From: Candidatus Oxydemutatoraceae bacterium
Lineage (GTDB): Bacteria > Pseudomonadota > Gammaproteobacteria > Poriferisulfidales > Oxydemutatoraceae
NCBI GenBank assembly: GCA_965219575.1
Contig: OZ244779.1
Coordinates: 1,516,769 to 1,580,768, forward strand
DNA length: 64,000 nt
Direction: 5' to 3'
Numbering within the stretch: position 1 is the stretch's first letter; each line of letters starts with the position of its first letter. Of this stretch, positions 32,328 to 44,669 are shown one piece after another. A program made the translations under genes and the position numbers. The notes beneath the pieces are model-generated. The model searched no databases. It was given only the letters and a program-made list of their open reading frames with translations, and was not told the DNA's origin.

Positions 32328-33059
32328 TCATCCGCTAATCAAGGTTCCGACACTCTCACCCTTGATGATTTTTCTGCACATACCGCGTGCCTTCATATTA
32401 AATACCCGTATCGGTATTCCATTCTCCTTGCATAAAACGATTGCGGTTGCATCCATAACCGCTAAATTTCTCGACAACGCATCGTCGTAGCTCAACTTTC
32501 TATACAATGTGGCGTCGGGATTCTGCTCCGGGTCGGAATCGTATACACCGTCCACCTTGGTTGCTTTGCACAAAACATCCGCATCTATTTCAACCGCTCT
32601 TAGGCTTGCCGCCGTGTCGGTCGTGAAAAAAGGATTCCCGGTGCCGGCCGCAAATATAACGATGCGTCCTTTCTCCAGGTGACGTATCGCTCGCCGGCGT
32701 ATATAACTCTCGCATACTTCATCCATTTTGATTGCCGAAATCACGCGCGTATCGATGCCTTTTCTCTCCAGAGCATCTTGCAGTGCCAACGCATTGACCA
32801 CGGTGACCAACATGCCCATATAGTCTGCGGTAGTCCGGGCAGTGCCGCCGGCAGCAAAGGCTTCACCGCGAATGATATTGCCTCCGCCTATCACCAAAGC
32901 CAATTCAACTTTATCCTCGTGTAGTAATTCGATCTCGCCGACGAGTTGGTTTAATGCCTCTATCCCTATTCCATAACCATCGGTATTGGAGAGTATCTCG
33001 CCGCTGAGCTTCAATACGATGCGCAAGTTTACTTTATCGGGTTGCGCTTCTGTTTTCAT
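32328..33059 (-). CDS. pyrH: UMP kinase
   Basis: [30 protein letters not shown]. Confidence 0.97.
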   Translation of the reverse strand: MKTEAQPDKVNLRIVLKLSGEILSNTDGYGIGIEALNQLVGEIELLHEDKVELALVIGGGNIIRGEAFAAGGTARTTADYMGMLVTVVNALALQDALERKGIDTRVISAIKMDEVCESYIRRRAIRHLEKGRIVIFAAGTGNPFFTTDTAASLRAVEIDADVLCKATKVDGVYDSDPEQNPDATLYRKLSYDDALSRNLAVMDATAIVLCKENGIPIRVFNMKARGMCRKIIKGESVGTLISG

Positions 33060-33089
33060 GACAGCCTATCACTATTCGTATAGCGATGT

Positions 33090-33968
33090 TTAGCCTTGAT
33101 TGACCTGTGCCATTACTTCTTCGGCAAAATTTTCCTGTTTACGTTCTACACCTTCACCGAGCTCATAACGCAAAAAAGCTCGCACCGAAGCCGAATGGGC
33201 TTTGAGTTTTTGCGCAACCGTTTGATCCGTATCTTTAACAAAAGCTTGCCCTAACAGCGTTATCTCGTTTAGATATTTCCGTAATTTTCCGGCTACGATT
33301 CTATCTATTAGATGGTCGGGTTTGCCGCTTTGTTTGGTTTGCTCGATTAAAATTTCTCGCTCCTTGGCAAGTATTTCGGGCGGCACCTGTCGTTCGCTTA
33401 TGCACAGCGGTTTGCCGGCTGCAATGTGCATTGCAATATCTTTGGCAACTTCGGCATCACCGCCCTCCATATCGACCAGCACGCCGATACGATTACCGTG
33501 GTTATAATTCGCCAATATATCGCCTTGCCGGTTTAGCTTATCGAAACGTCTGATTTTTATATTCTCGCCGAGTTTGGCGGTCAGCGATAGGCACAGATCT
33601 TTTATCGTCGTCGTTGCACCGGTAAAATCCTCCAGGTCGGCTATCGTGTCGACAGAAGTATCCAAAGTCGCGTCTGCAACAATGCCACAAAATTCGCCGA
33701 ACTGCTTATCCTTGGCGACAAAATCGGTTTCGCAGTTGACCTCGAGTAATGTTGCCGTTTCACAATCGGGAGAAATGCGAATAACGATCAAACCCTCGGT
33801 TGCGACCCTGGCGGATTTTTTGGCTGCTTTAGCCTGACCTGATTTACGCAGTATCTCGATTGCAACATCGCCATCGCCTTCGGCTTCGACCAAAGCGCGT
33901 TTACATTCCATCATACCGGCACCGGTAGCCTCTCGCAGTTGCTTGATCATCGCCGGGGTAACATTCAT
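33090..33968 (-). CDS. tsf: Elongation factor Ts
   Basis: LREATGAGMMECK, EVNCETDFVA, IAMHIAA. Confidence 0.97.
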   Translation of the reverse strand: MNVTPAMIKQLREATGAGMMECKRALVEAEGDGDVAIEILRKSGQAKAAKKSARVATEGLIVIRISPDCETATLLEVNCETDFVAKDKQFGEFCGIVADATLDTSVDTIADLEDFTGATTTIKDLCLSLTAKLGENIKIRRFDKLNRQGDILANYNHGNRIGVLVDMEGGDAEVAKDIAMHIAAGKPLCISERQVPPEILAKEREILIEQTKQSGKPDHLIDRIVAGKLRKYLNEITLLGQAFVKDTDQTVAQKLKAHSASVRAFLRYELGEGVERKQENFAEEVMAQVNQG

Positions 33969-33984
33969 AGGACTTTATAACGCG

Positions 33985-34776
33985 TTATTCGGTTTGCGCG
34001 GGTGCCACGGGTGCCACACTCTCCTCTCCTACGATGACGGCATCACCTTTGATCAATAACGGCGATGCAGCCTCTTCCGCTGCCGCTTCCTCGGCTTTTG
34101 CAATGCCTTCCAATACGGTATCGGCAACCAGACGAGTATACAGTCTGATAGAGCTGATTGCATCGTCGTTGGCGGGAATAGGATAATCTATGTCTTCGGT
34201 CGCATTGTTGGTGTCGACGATTGCAACAACCGGGATATTTAATTTCCTCGCTTCTTTGACCGCAATTTCCTCATAAGCGGTATCGATAACGAACAAGGCA
34301 TCGGGCGGTGAAGTCAAATTGCATATCCCTTCAAAATCGCGACTCGATTTTTCAAATTTGCGCTGGATTTGTCGGCTCTCTTTTTTATTCAAACCGCTGA
34401 AGGCATTATTTTCTATCTGCACTTTGAGTTTATTAAATTCCCTAATCGAATTTTGAACGGTCTTGTAATTGGTTAAAAATCCACCCAGCCAATGCACATG
34501 TACATAGGGCATCCCGCATCGGCCTGCTTCGCGCTCTATCGCATCGGATGCCGCCCTTTTGGTTCCTACAAAAAGTATTTTGCCGCCTTTGGACACCATT
34601 TCGTATATGAACTTCAGCGCCGCTTTGAACATAGGCAAAGTTTTATCTAAATTGATGATGTGAATACCGTTGTGTTTTCCGTATAGATACGGGGCGAATT
34701 TCGGATTCCAAAAACGCGGTCGATGCCCCAAGTGTGCGCCCGCATCAAAGAGCTGCTTGATGGTTAGTTCGGGCAT
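33985..34776 (-). CDS. rpsB: 30S ribosomal protein S2
   Basis: AGAHLGH, WNPK, LFVGTKR, WLGGFLTN, PANDDA. Confidence 0.97.
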   Translation of the reverse strand: MPELTIKQLFDAGAHLGHRPRFWNPKFAPYLYGKHNGIHIINLDKTLPMFKAALKFIYEMVSKGGKILFVGTKRAASDAIEREAGRCGMPYVHVHWLGGFLTNYKTVQNSIREFNKLKVQIENNAFSGLNKKESRQIQRKFEKSSRDFEGICNLTSPPDALFVIDTAYEEIAVKEARKLNIPVVAIVDTNNATEDIDYPIPANDDAISSIRLYTRLVADTVLEGIAKAEEAAAEEAASPLLIKGDAVIVGEESVAPVAPAQTE

Positions 34777-34931
34777 ACAAAAACCCGTTTAGCAATGCTA
34801 TGCATATAGATAATCTCCTACGATAAGTTAACGAATGGCGAAGTATAACATATTTGCGCATGATAACGAAATGTGCACGATGCCCGATACATATTGCCAT
34901 ATCACAATGGATGAATATAATAAACCTTGTT

Positions 34932-36209
34932 ATGGCGAAGCGTGTTAAGAGAAGTAGTAGTTCCCGAAGTAAATCTATCCATTGTTCATTCTGTGGCAAA
35001 AGTCAGCAAGAAGTAGATCGGCTCATAGCCGGCCCGTCGATTTATATCTGCAACGAGTGCATAGAATTATGCAACGACTTATTACTCGAAGAAAAAAATA
35101 TACCCGCTCGCGACACCGAAGAAATTCCCAAGCCTCAAGAAATCAAGAGCACTCTGGATCAATATGTCATCGGTCAGGACTATGCAAAAAAAGTTCTATC
35201 GGTTGCGGTTTATAATCATTACAAGCGACTACGGCAAAAAAACAAAGACAACGATGTAGAAATTTCCAAGAGCAACATTCTGCTAATCGGTCCTACCGGT
35301 TGCGGCAAGACCCTACTTGCCCAAACACTTGCACGGATATTGAACGTACCCTTCGCTATTGTCGATGCGACGACTCTGACCGAAGCGGGTTATGTCGGAG
35401 AGGATGTGGAAAATATCATCTATAGGCTTTTGCAATCGTGTGATCACGATATCGGTAGAGCGCAGCAAGGGATTATTTATATAGATGAAATAGATAAAAT
35501 CTCTCGCAAGTCCGATAATCCTTCGATTACTCGAGATGTCTCGGGTGAGGGCGTGCAGCAAGCCTTACTCAAGCTCATAGAGGGTACCGTTGCCGGAATT
35601 CCACCGCACGGCGGACGCAAACACCCCCAACAAGAGCTCATACAAATCAATACCCAAAATATACTCTTCATCTGCGGCGGCGCATTCGCCGGATTGGAAC
35701 AAGTGATACAGCGACGTACCGACAAAAACGGCATCGGTTTCTCGGCAGACATTCGCAACCCTAAAGACACCGAGATACTGGCGCATACCTTAGCGCAAGT
35801 TGAATCGAAGGATTTGATCTCGTATGGTTTGATACCTGAGTTCGTCGGTCGGCTGGCAGTGTTCTCGGTGTTGGACGAATTGGATAAAAAAACTCTGGTT
35901 CGCATATTAACCGAGCCCCGCAATGCTTTAACCAAACAATATCAACACCTGTTCAACATGGAGGATATCAAGTTGGAGTTCAAACCCCAAGCACTGCAAG
36001 CGATCGCCGAGAAAGCAATCGCCAAGCATACCGGCGCACGCGGCCTGCGTAACATTATAGAAGCCCTGCTCTTGGATACGATGTACGATTTACCTTCTAT
36101 GGATAATATAGTACAGGTTATCGTCGACGAGAATGTCGTGGCCGGGAACACCTCGCCTATACTGGTAGCCAAGGCTTCATCACGGCAAAAATACGAGAAA
36201 GCCGGATAA
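34932..36209 (+). CDS. clpX: ATP-dependent Clp protease ATP-binding subunit ClpX
   Basis: CSFCGK zinc finger, [21 protein letters not shown]; start set at MAKRVK. Confidence 0.97.
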   Translation: MAKRVKRSSSSRSKSIHCSFCGKSQQEVDRLIAGPSIYICNECIELCNDLLLEEKNIPARDTEEIPKPQEIKSTLDQYVIGQDYAKKVLSVAVYNHYKRLRQKNKDNDVEISKSNILLIGPTGCGKTLLAQTLARILNVPFAIVDATTLTEAGYVGEDVENIIYRLLQSCDHDIGRAQQGIIYIDEIDKISRKSDNPSITRDVSGEGVQQALLKLIEGTVAGIPPHGGRKHPQQELIQINTQNILFICGGAFAGLEQVIQRRTDKNGIGFSADIRNPKDTEILAHTLAQVESKDLISYGLIPEFVGRLAVFSVLDELDKKTLVRILTEPRNALTKQYQHLFNMEDIKLEFKPQALQAIAEKAIAKHTGARGLRNIIEALLLDTMYDLPSMDNIVQVIVDENVVAGNTSPILVAKASSRQKYEKAG

Positions 36210-36266
36210 ACCGCTTGAAATATCAAGACCAAACCCTAATAGTAGAAAGACAAACCGGAGGATATT

Positions 36267-38708
36267 ATGTCAACCCATGTAAAACACCAAGATAGCGATT
36301 TGGTATTGCCCGTCTTGCCGTTGCGAGATGTGGTCGTTTATCCGCATATGGTTATTCCCCTATTCATAGGAAGGAAAAAATCTATCAGTGCGATTGAATT
36401 TTCCATGCAGTGCAACAAGCAGATTATGCTAATAACGCAAAAAGAAGCCGACACCGACAAACCTTCATCGAAAGATATCTACACGGTCGGCACTATGGCA
36501 AATATTTTGCAGTTGCTCAAATTGCCCGACGATACGATCAAACTCCTGGTCGAAGGCACCGAGCGTGCCAAAGTTGTTAGATATACCAAAGACAAGAAAT
36601 TTATAGGTGCCGAAGTTGATATACTGGAAACGACATCTAAGTACGACTCCAAAAAAATCGAAACACTCGCCCGTCTGGTTCTCAATCAATTCAGCCAATA
36701 TGTCAAATTCAATAAAAAAATACCCGACGAAGTGTTGCAAACACTCACGACCACCGAAACCCTGAACAAGTTGGCATATACGATTGCCGCGCATACCACG
36801 CTGAGTATAGAAAGCAAACAGAAGATTCTGGAAATCGACGATATATACGAGCGCTTGGAATGTTTGATGGCATTACTCGAAGAAGAACTCGATATTCTCA
36901 AGGTAGAGAAACGTATTCGCGGTCGAGTGCAACAACAAATGGAAAAAAGTCAACGAGAGTACTATCTGAACGAGCAGATGAAAGCCATACAAAAAGAACT
37001 CGGCGACATAGACGACGTTGCCGGCGAGACACAAAATTATCGCGAAAAAATCACCAAAGCGCACATGCCCGCAGATACCCAAAAGAAAGCCCTCGTAGAA
37101 CTGAGTAGACTGAACATGATGGCACCGATGTCTTCCGAAGCTGCAGTGGTTCGCAATTATCTCGATTGGTTAATCAATATGCCGTGGAGCAAAAAGTCGA
37201 GAATTAAAAGGAGTTTGGACGATGCCTCGAAAATCCTAGAGAGAGATCACTACGGTTTAGAAAAAGTCAAAGAGCGTATTATAGAATATCTGGCAGTTCA
37301 ACTGAGAACGCAGAAAATCAAAGGCACGATACTCTGCCTAGTCGGTCCACCGGGAGTCGGTAAAACCTCGCTGGGTAAATCGATTGCCAACGCAACCGGA
37401 CGCAAGTTTACGCGTATGGCACTCGGCGGTGTTCGAGACGAGGCCGAAATACGCGGACACCGCAGAACTTATATCGGCGCACAGCCCGGCAAGTTCGTCC
37501 AAAATCTATCCAAAGTCGGTGTACGCAATCCGCTGTTTTTATTGGACGAAATCGATAAAATGTCGACCGACTTCAGGGGCGACCCGGCATCGGCTTTGCT
37601 CGAAGTATTGGATAGCGAACAAAACTCTACCTTCACCGACCATTATCTGGAGGTTGAGTTCGACCTATCCGATGTGATGTTCGTTTGCACCGCAAACAGC
37701 TTGCGCATTCCACCGGCATTATTGGATCGTATGGAAGTCATTAGAATACCAGGCTACACCGAAGATGAAAAACTTAATATCGCAATGCAATACCTAATGC
37801 CCAAAGCAATGAAAGCAAACGGGCTGGCTAAAAACGAAATGCAAATCTCTCAAAACGCGGTATTGGATACGATACGTTATTACACACGCGAGGCTGGGGT
37901 ACGCAACCTCGAGAGAGAGATCATGAAAGTCTCTCGTAAGGTTGTCAAAAATCTGGTTTTGAGCAAAGAAAAAGCTAAAAAACCGGTAAAAGTAGGCACC
38001 GGTTCTCTCGAACATTATCTGGGTGTAAGAAAGTTCCGCTACGGGGTTGCCGACGAAGAGAACCGTATCGGGCAAGTCAACGGATTGGCATGGACCGAAT
38101 CCGGTGGAGAATTGCTGACCGTGGAGAGCACGACGATGTCGGGTAAGGGAAATCTATCGCATACCGGTCAACTCGGAGATATTATGAAAGAATCGGTACA
38201 AGCTGCAATGGCTATCGTGCGAAGCCGCGGTGAGATTTTAGGTATCGCCCCCGACTTTCATGAAAATCACGATGTACATGTGCATATACCCGAAGGCGCC
38301 ACTCCCAAGGACGGACCGAGTGCGGGCATTGCGGTGTGTACTGCGATTACATCGGCAATCACAAAAATACCGGTGCGTGCAAATGTGGCGATGACCGGAG
38401 AGATCACGTTGCGCGGCGAAGTACTGGCAATCGGTGGCTTAAAAGAAAAACTTTTGGCTGCGCAAAGGGCACACATCAAGACCGTCCTTATCCCTAAAGA
38501 GAATGCCAAAGACTTAAAAGAAATACCTAAAAACATCATCGGTAAACTCGATATACAAGCGGTACAATGGATTGACGAAGTATTCAAAATAGCATTGACC
38601 GAGATGCCGATACCGATAGAGTACAAAGATAAATTAACCGAGAAAATTCGTACCGAAAAGGAAATATCCAATAAAACGGGCAAAACGAGAAGAATTCAAA
38701 GCCACTGA
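36267..38708 (+). CDS. lon: Lon protease
   Basis: [26 protein letters not shown]. Confidence 0.98.
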   Translation: MSTHVKHQDSDLVLPVLPLRDVVVYPHMVIPLFIGRKKSISAIEFSMQCNKQIMLITQKEADTDKPSSKDIYTVGTMANILQLLKLPDDTIKLLVEGTERAKVVRYTKDKKFIGAEVDILETTSKYDSKKIETLARLVLNQFSQYVKFNKKIPDEVLQTLTTTETLNKLAYTIAAHTTLSIESKQKILEIDDIYERLECLMALLEEELDILKVEKRIRGRVQQQMEKSQREYYLNEQMKAIQKELGDIDDVAGETQNYREKITKAHMPADTQKKALVELSRLNMMAPMSSEAAVVRNYLDWLINMPWSKKSRIKRSLDDASKILERDHYGLEKVKERIIEYLAVQLRTQKIKGTILCLVGPPGVGKTSLGKSIANATGRKFTRMALGGVRDEAEIRGHRRTYIGAQPGKFVQNLSKVGVRNPLFLLDEIDKMSTDFRGDPASALLEVLDSEQNSTFTDHYLEVEFDLSDVMFVCTANSLRIPPALLDRMEVIRIPGYTEDEKLNIAMQYLMPKAMKANGLAKNEMQISQNAVLDTIRYYTREAGVRNLEREIMKVSRKVVKNLVLSKEKAKKPVKVGTGSLEHYLGVRKFRYGVADEENRIGQVNGLAWTESGGELLTVESTTMSGKGNLSHTGQLGDIMKESVQAAMAIVRSRGEILGIAPDFHENHDVHVHIPEGATPKDGPSAGIAVCTAITSAITKIPVRANVAMTGEITLRGEVLAIGGLKEKLLAAQRAHIKTVLIPKENAKDLKEIPKNIIGKLDIQAVQWIDEVFKIALTEMPIPIEYKDKLTEKIRTEKEISNKTGKTRRIQSH

Positions 38709-38873
38709 AACGAGTGAATTTACAAATTTTTTGGCATATTCCCTTACTTTTTCGGGTTTTTGTTGTTAAAATTGCTAGTTAATAATTCGCGGAGCCCTCT
38801 TTAATTATTAGATAAAGCAGGGTTCATCCTTTAACCATTACATTTAACTATTATTTAAGGAGATTAAGCAAAA

Positions 38874-39143
38874 ATGAATAAATCTGAACTTATTGAAGCA
38901 ATCGCCGATATCGGCCTAACAAAAGCCGATGCAACTAAAGCCCTAGATGCAACAATATCCGCAATAACCGCAAGTCTTAGAAACGGTCAATCCGTGACCA
39001 TTGTAGGATTTGGAACCTTCATGGTTCGCGAAAGCAAAGCTCGCATGGGCCGCAACCCCAGAACCGGTGAGAGTATTCAAATCAGTGCCAGCAGACGTCC
39101 TTCGTTCAAGGCAGGCAAAGGACTGAAGGACGCCCTAAACTAG
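38874..39143 (+). CDS. hupB: HU DNA-binding protein
   Basis: MNKSELI, GFGTF, GRNPRTGE, FKAGK; follows lon. Confidence 0.95.
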   Translation: MNKSELIEAIADIGLTKADATKALDATISAITASLRNGQSVTIVGFGTFMVRESKARMGRNPRTGESIQISASRRPSFKAGKGLKDALN

Positions 39144-39156
39144 TCCACCGACCGAA

Positions 39157-39228
<72 letters not shown>

Positions 39229-39343
39229 CCGGATAAGCGGAACGAGAAACTAGGGAATCTATGATATGGATATTGATACACTTATTTGCTTTAATATCCA
39301 TTATCATAGATAGGTATGAAGAGGCAACCGATTAATATTTTTA

Positions 39344-39420
39344 GGAGTGGTAGTTCAGCTGGTTAGAATACCGGCCTGTCACGCCGGGGGTCGCGGGTTC
39401 GAATCCCGTCCACTCCGCCA
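39344..39420 (+). tRNA. tRNA-Asp(GTC), CCA encoded
   Basis: GGAGTGGTAGTTCAGCTGGTTAGAATACCGGCCTGTCACGCCGG…CACTCCGCCA. Confidence 0.96.
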
Positions 39421-39456
39421 TATTTGAACAGAGAGTAGGATCATCGTTAAAGTATA

Positions 39457-41346
39457 ATGCTTATAAAAATCAGAGATAAAGCAACGGGCTGGATAGCCTA
39501 TGCAATCGTCATATTAATCTCCATCCCCTTTGCTTTGTGGGGCATACAACAATACTTCGGTTTGGATAGTTCTCCCGTTGCGATTGAAATTGACGACCGA
39601 GAAATCACCGAGTTTCAAGTCGAGCAGGCTTTTCTCAATAGGAAAAGAATGTTGGAGCAGAACCAAATCAATCACGGGTTCACCGATAAAGAAATCAGAA
39701 CCGAGGTGGTAGGCGAGTTGGTCAGCGCACAACTGCTCGACATAGCGATTAATAAATACGGTTTGCAAACCAACGATTCGGAACTTGCGGAATTTATCAG
39801 AAACAGACCGGAATTTAAAAAAAATCAACGCTTTGACGCAGAAACCTACAGAGACCTGCTTGCTAGAAGCGGGTATACACCCACTCTTTTCGAGCAGACA
39901 CAAAGAGAGGCATTAAAAGAAGAGCAATTTATATCGGCAATACAAAACTCGAGTTTCATCTTACCGAGCGAACGCAAACGCTATGTCTATCTCTCCGATC
40001 AGAAGAGAAAAATACGCTATCTGCCGGTTAGCTACAGCTATTTTATAGAACCCGATAGTATCGGCACCGAACAAGCACAAGCTCATTACGAAGAAAACAT
40101 GACCTTATACCAATCGCCGTATAGAGCAAGGTTCGATTATTTAGAAATCGACACGGCAAAAATAGAAGCACGGCAAACTATCGGAGACGAAGAAGCAAAA
40201 CAATATTACGAAGAGCGTTCCGACGATTATCTCTATCCCGAAAAATTCAGTTTGCGGCACATTCTAATATTAGCCGAAGATCGCAGTACGACCGAGGCAC
40301 TCGAAGAAGCCGAAGAGCTTTATCTACAACTTCAAGAAGGTGCGGACTTTTCCGAACTTGCCCGCAACTACTCGGACGACGACTTGACCTCGGAAAGCGG
40401 CGGTGAACTCCCCGAGCTCACCGCCGAAGAACTGGAAAATGAGAATGTTCGAGATGCCGTACTGCAACTCGTGCCGGGAGAATACACTCGCCCGATACGC
40501 ACCCAATACGGTGTACAAATTTTTCAGCTGATAGACCTTGTGGAAGCCGAACAAAAACCCTTCGAAGTAGTCCGCGAAGAATTAATCGGAGATATGAAAC
40601 GTCGGATGGCGGAAATTCGTTATGCCGGATTAATTGAAAACCTCGATCTACTTTTATTCGAAGACGAAATCGGGTTTTTTAACGCAGTCAGAGATAATTA
40701 CGGATACGCCAAGCAGAGCACCGGATTTTTAGACCTCAACAAGCAAGAGAGCATTCTGGCAAACCCCGTGGTCAAGTCGGCGATAATCTCGGAGATAATA
40801 CAAGGCGGAAAAACGAATACCGGTTTGATCGAAGTAGAAACGGGAAAAAGATTCTTCTTCGTGGGCATAACCGACTCGCAACCTTCGCGTCAATTATCGT
40901 TTGAAGAAGCCAGGCAAGACATTGTCACCGATTTGATCCTCCGGCAAGCATACCAAAAAGTCCAAGCGAATAGCGAAGCATGGTTGGAAGAAATACAAGC
41001 CGGCAACACAAGTCTGGATGAAATTGCCGCCGAGAACCGGTGGGTCATCGAAGACCCCGGTTATATCGAGCGAATCGAGACTTCTATCCCTCGCCCTATC
41101 GTAGAGGCAACCTATAAAATATCGCCACTCAGTGAGCCTCCCGTATACCGAACATTACAGCTCGACGAAAATTATAATAACGAACATACCCTCATAGAAC
41201 TACTCGACATCGAGGCCGGCGTAGAAACTTCTCAAACTTTTGTCATATATTCACTACAAAACCGTGAATCGGTAGCCGTTTTGGATAGCTTACGAGATTT
41301 CTACGAAATAAAAATTAACCTAGATTTAGAGTCGGAAGATGAATAG
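39457..41346 (+). CDS. ppiD: Periplasmic folding chaperone PpiD
   Basis: N-terminal TM (FALWGI), SurA-N domain, parvulin motifs HIL…FSELARNYSDD…GGEL; canonical position after hupB. Confidence 0.88.
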   Translation: MLIKIRDKATGWIAYAIVILISIPFALWGIQQYFGLDSSPVAIEIDDREITEFQVEQAFLNRKRMLEQNQINHGFTDKEIRTEVVGELVSAQLLDIAINKYGLQTNDSELAEFIRNRPEFKKNQRFDAETYRDLLARSGYTPTLFEQTQREALKEEQFISAIQNSSFILPSERKRYVYLSDQKRKIRYLPVSYSYFIEPDSIGTEQAQAHYEENMTLYQSPYRARFDYLEIDTAKIEARQTIGDEEAKQYYEERSDDYLYPEKFSLRHILILAEDRSTTEALEEAEELYLQLQEGADFSELARNYSDDDLTSESGGELPELTAEELENENVRDAVLQLVPGEYTRPIRTQYGVQIFQLIDLVEAEQKPFEVVREELIGDMKRRMAEIRYAGLIENLDLLLFEDEIGFFNAVRDNYGYAKQSTGFLDLNKQESILANPVVKSAIISEIIQGGKTNTGLIEVETGKRFFFVGITDSQPSRQLSFEEARQDIVTDLILRQAYQKVQANSEAWLEEIQAGNTSLDEIAAENRWVIEDPGYIERIETSIPRPIVEATYKISPLSEPPVYRTLQLDENYNNEHTLIELLDIEAGVETSQTFVIYSLQNRESVAVLDSLRDFYEIKINLDLESEDE

Positions 41347-42622
41347 CAGTATGGGGAGAATGCCTCTGCATACACAGATATTCATCGCACTATTTCTAGC
41401 CGCCGTAGTCGGTGCTTCGACTACCCCGCAAACCGAATTATTCGGCGTCGTAATATACGATGTGTTGGATTTTTTCGGGAAACTGTTTTTGAACGCCTTA
41501 AAGATGATCGTCGTTCCACTGGTCTTTTCGTCTATCATAGTCGGCGTTTCGAATATTGCAGCCGAGAACGGCTTTGCGCGCATGGGAGCCAAAACGATAA
41601 TCTATTACTTGGTCACCAGTAGCTTATCGATACTGGTAGGATTGATTCTAGTCAACGTGTTTCAACCCGGCGTTATGGAAGACGGCTTGAACAAACTCGG
41701 TGGTGTTCTATCCGACGACCAAGCGGATGTAATGGACAAATTGCAAGGACACGATACATCGAGCTTATTCGGTGTCTTTTTGCGTATGATACCGAGTAAT
41801 ATCGTCATGGCTGCCGCACAAGGACAGCTTCTAGGCATAATCTTTTTTGCTGCGGTATTCGGCTTTTTTATAACTAGAATAGATAAACCGTTGAAACGCT
41901 CGATGATGAATTTTTGGAGCGCTTTCAACGAAACCATGATGAAAATTACCCTGTGGGTCATCAAGTTCTCTCCTTACGGAGTTTTTGCTCTGGTCGGCAA
42001 AGTCATCATGACCTCGGGGCTCGAAGTCTTTTTGGTATTACTACAATTTTTCCTCACGGTATTGGGCGGGTTGGCAATACATTTTCTTATAGTTCTGCCG
42101 CTGATTCTTTATCTCGTTGCACGGGTCAATCCACTGTCGTATTTGAAGGCGATGATGCCCGCCGTGCTGATGGCTTTTTCAACCGCATCGTCGTCGTCGA
42201 CATTACCGCTCACGATGAATTGTGCGCAAAATCGAGTAGGTGCTTCCAAAAAAGTCACCAGTTTTGTGATGCCCTTAGGTGCCACCATCAACATGGACGG
42301 AACTGCGCTCTACGAATGTGTTGCGGTTATTTTCATCGCCCAGCTCTACGGCATAGATTTGAGTGTCGCAACACAATTTACGATAGTATTGCTGGCGTTA
42401 TTAACCTCTATAGGCGTTGCCGGAGTGCCCGCTGCAAGCCTGGTCGCAATTGTTCTAATCATGGGGGTGGTCGGCTTGCCCGCAGAGGGTATCGCATTAA
42501 TTCTTGCCGTGGATCGAGTACTCGATATGTGCCGCACCGGCGTTAATGTCTATAGCGACTCCGCTGCAGTCGGTGTCATTGCAAGGAGTGAAGGAGAAGC
42601 CCTAGCCGGGGTTCGCGTCTAA
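41339..42622 (+). CDS. Dicarboxylate/amino acid:cation symporter (DAACS, GltP-like)
   Basis: LKMIVVPL, AFSTASSSSTLP, GATINMDGTALY, DRVLDMCRTGVNV. Confidence 0.93.
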   Translation: MNSSMGRMPLHTQIFIALFLAAVVGASTTPQTELFGVVIYDVLDFFGKLFLNALKMIVVPLVFSSIIVGVSNIAAENGFARMGAKTIIYYLVTSSLSILVGLILVNVFQPGVMEDGLNKLGGVLSDDQADVMDKLQGHDTSSLFGVFLRMIPSNIVMAAAQGQLLGIIFFAAVFGFFITRIDKPLKRSMMNFWSAFNETMMKITLWVIKFSPYGVFALVGKVIMTSGLEVFLVLLQFFLTVLGGLAIHFLIVLPLILYLVARVNPLSYLKAMMPAVLMAFSTASSSSTLPLTMNCAQNRVGASKKVTSFVMPLGATINMDGTALYECVAVIFIAQLYGIDLSVATQFTIVLLALLTSIGVAGVPAASLVAIVLIMGVVGLPAEGIALILAVDRVLDMCRTGVNVYSDSAAVGVIARSEGEALAGVRV

Positions 42623-42634
42623 GGCGCACGAGCA

Positions 42635-42865
42635 ATGCACATCGGCGAAATCGTAGAAAAAGGCGCAATTATTTTTTTGGATAAAGAGACCGATATATTA
42701 ATCGCCTGGGACGGTCGCATAGATTTTAGAGTTTATGCTGGAAAATTCGACGGCGATTACGATTTACTCGACGAATTCTATAAAGAGATCAAAACCATGC
42801 CGGCTGCACGCGAAGTGGCTAGAATGTGGTTCCACGACCATTCGGTCTACAACCCGGGACCTTAA
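42635..42865 (+). CDS. Small hypothetical protein
   Basis: 76-aa ORF filling the gap between the symporter and fabI on the same strand. Confidence 0.55.
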   Translation: MHIGEIVEKGAIIFLDKETDILIAWDGRIDFRVYAGKFDGDYDLLDEFYKEIKTMPAAREVARMWFHDHSVYNPGP

Positions 42866-42875
42866 ATATACGAGC

Positions 42876-43664
42876 ATGGGTATTTTAGACAATAAATATG
42901 CGTTGGTCACCGGAGTTGCCACCAAACATTCTATCGCCTGGGGAATTACTCAAAGTCTGGCACGCGAAGGTGCGCACATTGCGCTGAGCTATCAAAACGA
43001 AAAATTAAAAAGTCGTGTAGAGAAACTTGCCGAATCGTGCAACGCCGATATGATACTACCGTGCGATGCGCAAAACGACGCCGAAATAGATTCGTTATTC
43101 AAACACTTGAAACAAAAATGGCAGCGTTTGGATGTATTGGTACACTCCATCGCTTATGCCCCGCGTGAAGAATTGACCGGTGAATTCGTAGAGCAAAGTA
43201 CCAGACAAGGTTTTAATATCGCCCACGAGGTTAGCTGCTACAGCTTGGTTGCACTGGCACAACATGCGAGAACGATGATGCAAGGCGGCGAAGCCGCAAT
43301 GCTGACACTGAGTTACTTAGGGGCCGAAAAAGTCGTGCCGAACTACAATGTGATGGGCTTGGCAAAAGCGAGCCTAGAAGCTGCGGTGCGCTATTTAGCG
43401 GCGGGACTCGGCGGCGACGGTATACGCGTCAATGCAATTTCGGCAGGTCCTATAAAAACTTTGGCGGCATCGGGTATCTCCGGTTTCCGAGATATGCTCA
43501 ATTATGTAGAGAGAAATGCACCGCTGGGCAGAAATATCACCATAGAAGAAGTCGGAAATGTAGGTGCTTTTTTGTGTTCCGATCTGGCGCGGGCGATTAC
43601 CGGTGAAATTATACATGTAGACTCGGGCTATCACTTGCTGGGTATGAACAAGACTGCCGATTGA
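42876..43664 (+). CDS. fabI: Enoyl-ACP reductase
   Basis: [38 protein letters not shown]; start set at MGILDNK. Confidence 0.96.
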   Translation: MGILDNKYALVTGVATKHSIAWGITQSLAREGAHIALSYQNEKLKSRVEKLAESCNADMILPCDAQNDAEIDSLFKHLKQKWQRLDVLVHSIAYAPREELTGEFVEQSTRQGFNIAHEVSCYSLVALAQHARTMMQGGEAAMLTLSYLGAEKVVPNYNVMGLAKASLEAAVRYLAAGLGGDGIRVNAISAGPIKTLAASGISGFRDMLNYVERNAPLGRNITIEEVGNVGAFLCSDLARAITGEIIHVDSGYHLLGMNKTAD

Positions 43665-43695
43665 ACCGGTAGGTCAATCGGCGTGACATTGTACA
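43649..43695 (+). repeat. CCGATTGA…TCAATCGG palindromic element (GTGACATTGT-tailed variant) supplying the fabI stop codon
   Basis: GCCGATTGAACCGGTAGGTCAATCGGCGTGACATTGT; close match to 58850-58897. Confidence 0.75.
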
Positions 43696-43740
43696 GAATT
43701 TGACCATGATTGCTAAACGCATACATTGCAAAATGCGTGA

Positions 43741-43786
43741 GCCACCCCTCCAAAGGAGGAGAATAGTCTGGCTCAATCGGCAATTC
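43741..43786 (+). repeat. CCCCTCC/GGAGG hairpin repeat followed by half of the CCGATTGA palindrome
   Basis: GCCACCCCTCCAAAGGAGGAGAATAG (compare 52227-52252), then GGCTCAATCGGCAATTC. Confidence 0.6.
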
Positions 43787-44306
43787 ACTGTAGAGGACCT
43801 TCCAGAAATACTTTGCTACGGATACAAAGAGCTGCGTTCTCAGGAACAATCCTTACTGTGGCAGCCCGTACAGAGTAATTGTTACTAGGAGGAAATGTTA
43901 TAACCAATGAGGCACTACACCTACTACCTGAGTCTATAGTAGGAATTGGAATACTCAATTCTCTGAAACTCGAAAAAATTATAACACTTGGACTTAAATT
44001 AGGCTGAATATAGCTTCCACCTCCCGAAAGTTGAAACGTTAATGTTTGGAAGGGGATGCTGAATCTCGGATTGATATTCACAATGACTGTCATCGTAGTG
44101 CCCGCTACAACGGTAGTCGGTGTGGTGCTGATAGTCAGCGTAGGCACATTTTGTGCGGCATGTCAACCCAAAGTAGAAATGTCACCCCCTTGACCAAAGT
44201 AGAAATGTCACCCTTGATGCCGATAAAACCTTCAGGAAACTAGATATCTAAGATTACTTTATGTCCGTTAGTTGATTATTCGACTAGGTGATAAATTGGC
44301 TAATAC

Positions 44307-44573
44307 TGCTTGTTTTTGCCTAAATCAGGCTTGCCGACTAAAAAACAAGCCCCATAGCGTGCCGTTAAGAGACGATCTCTAGTTGAGATGAACTCTACTA
44401 CCTTCCAATTTCCAAGCATTTTAGAGCGTATGCGGTGCCAGTGCTTGTTTTTGCCTAAATCAGGCTTGCCGACTAAAAAACAAGCTCTATAGCGTGCCGT
44501 TAAGAGACGATCTCTAGTTGAGATGAACTCTACTACCTTCCAATTCCCAAGCATTTTAGAGCGTGTGTGGTGC
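44307..44573. repeat. 135-bp-period tandem duplication in the non-coding 3' arm of the IS
   Basis: TGCTTGTTTTTGCCTAAATCAGGC…CAAGCATTTTAGAGCGT starts at 44307 and again at 44442, with a few substitutions. Confidence 0.92.
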
Positions 44574-44669
44574 TCGGTTGCTATCTCGTGGTTTGACGAA
44601 TGATGCGTTTGCAGTGGCACAGGCATGTTAGACAGCCTGTGCGTAAGTCTGGGAAAACACCGGTTCTGA

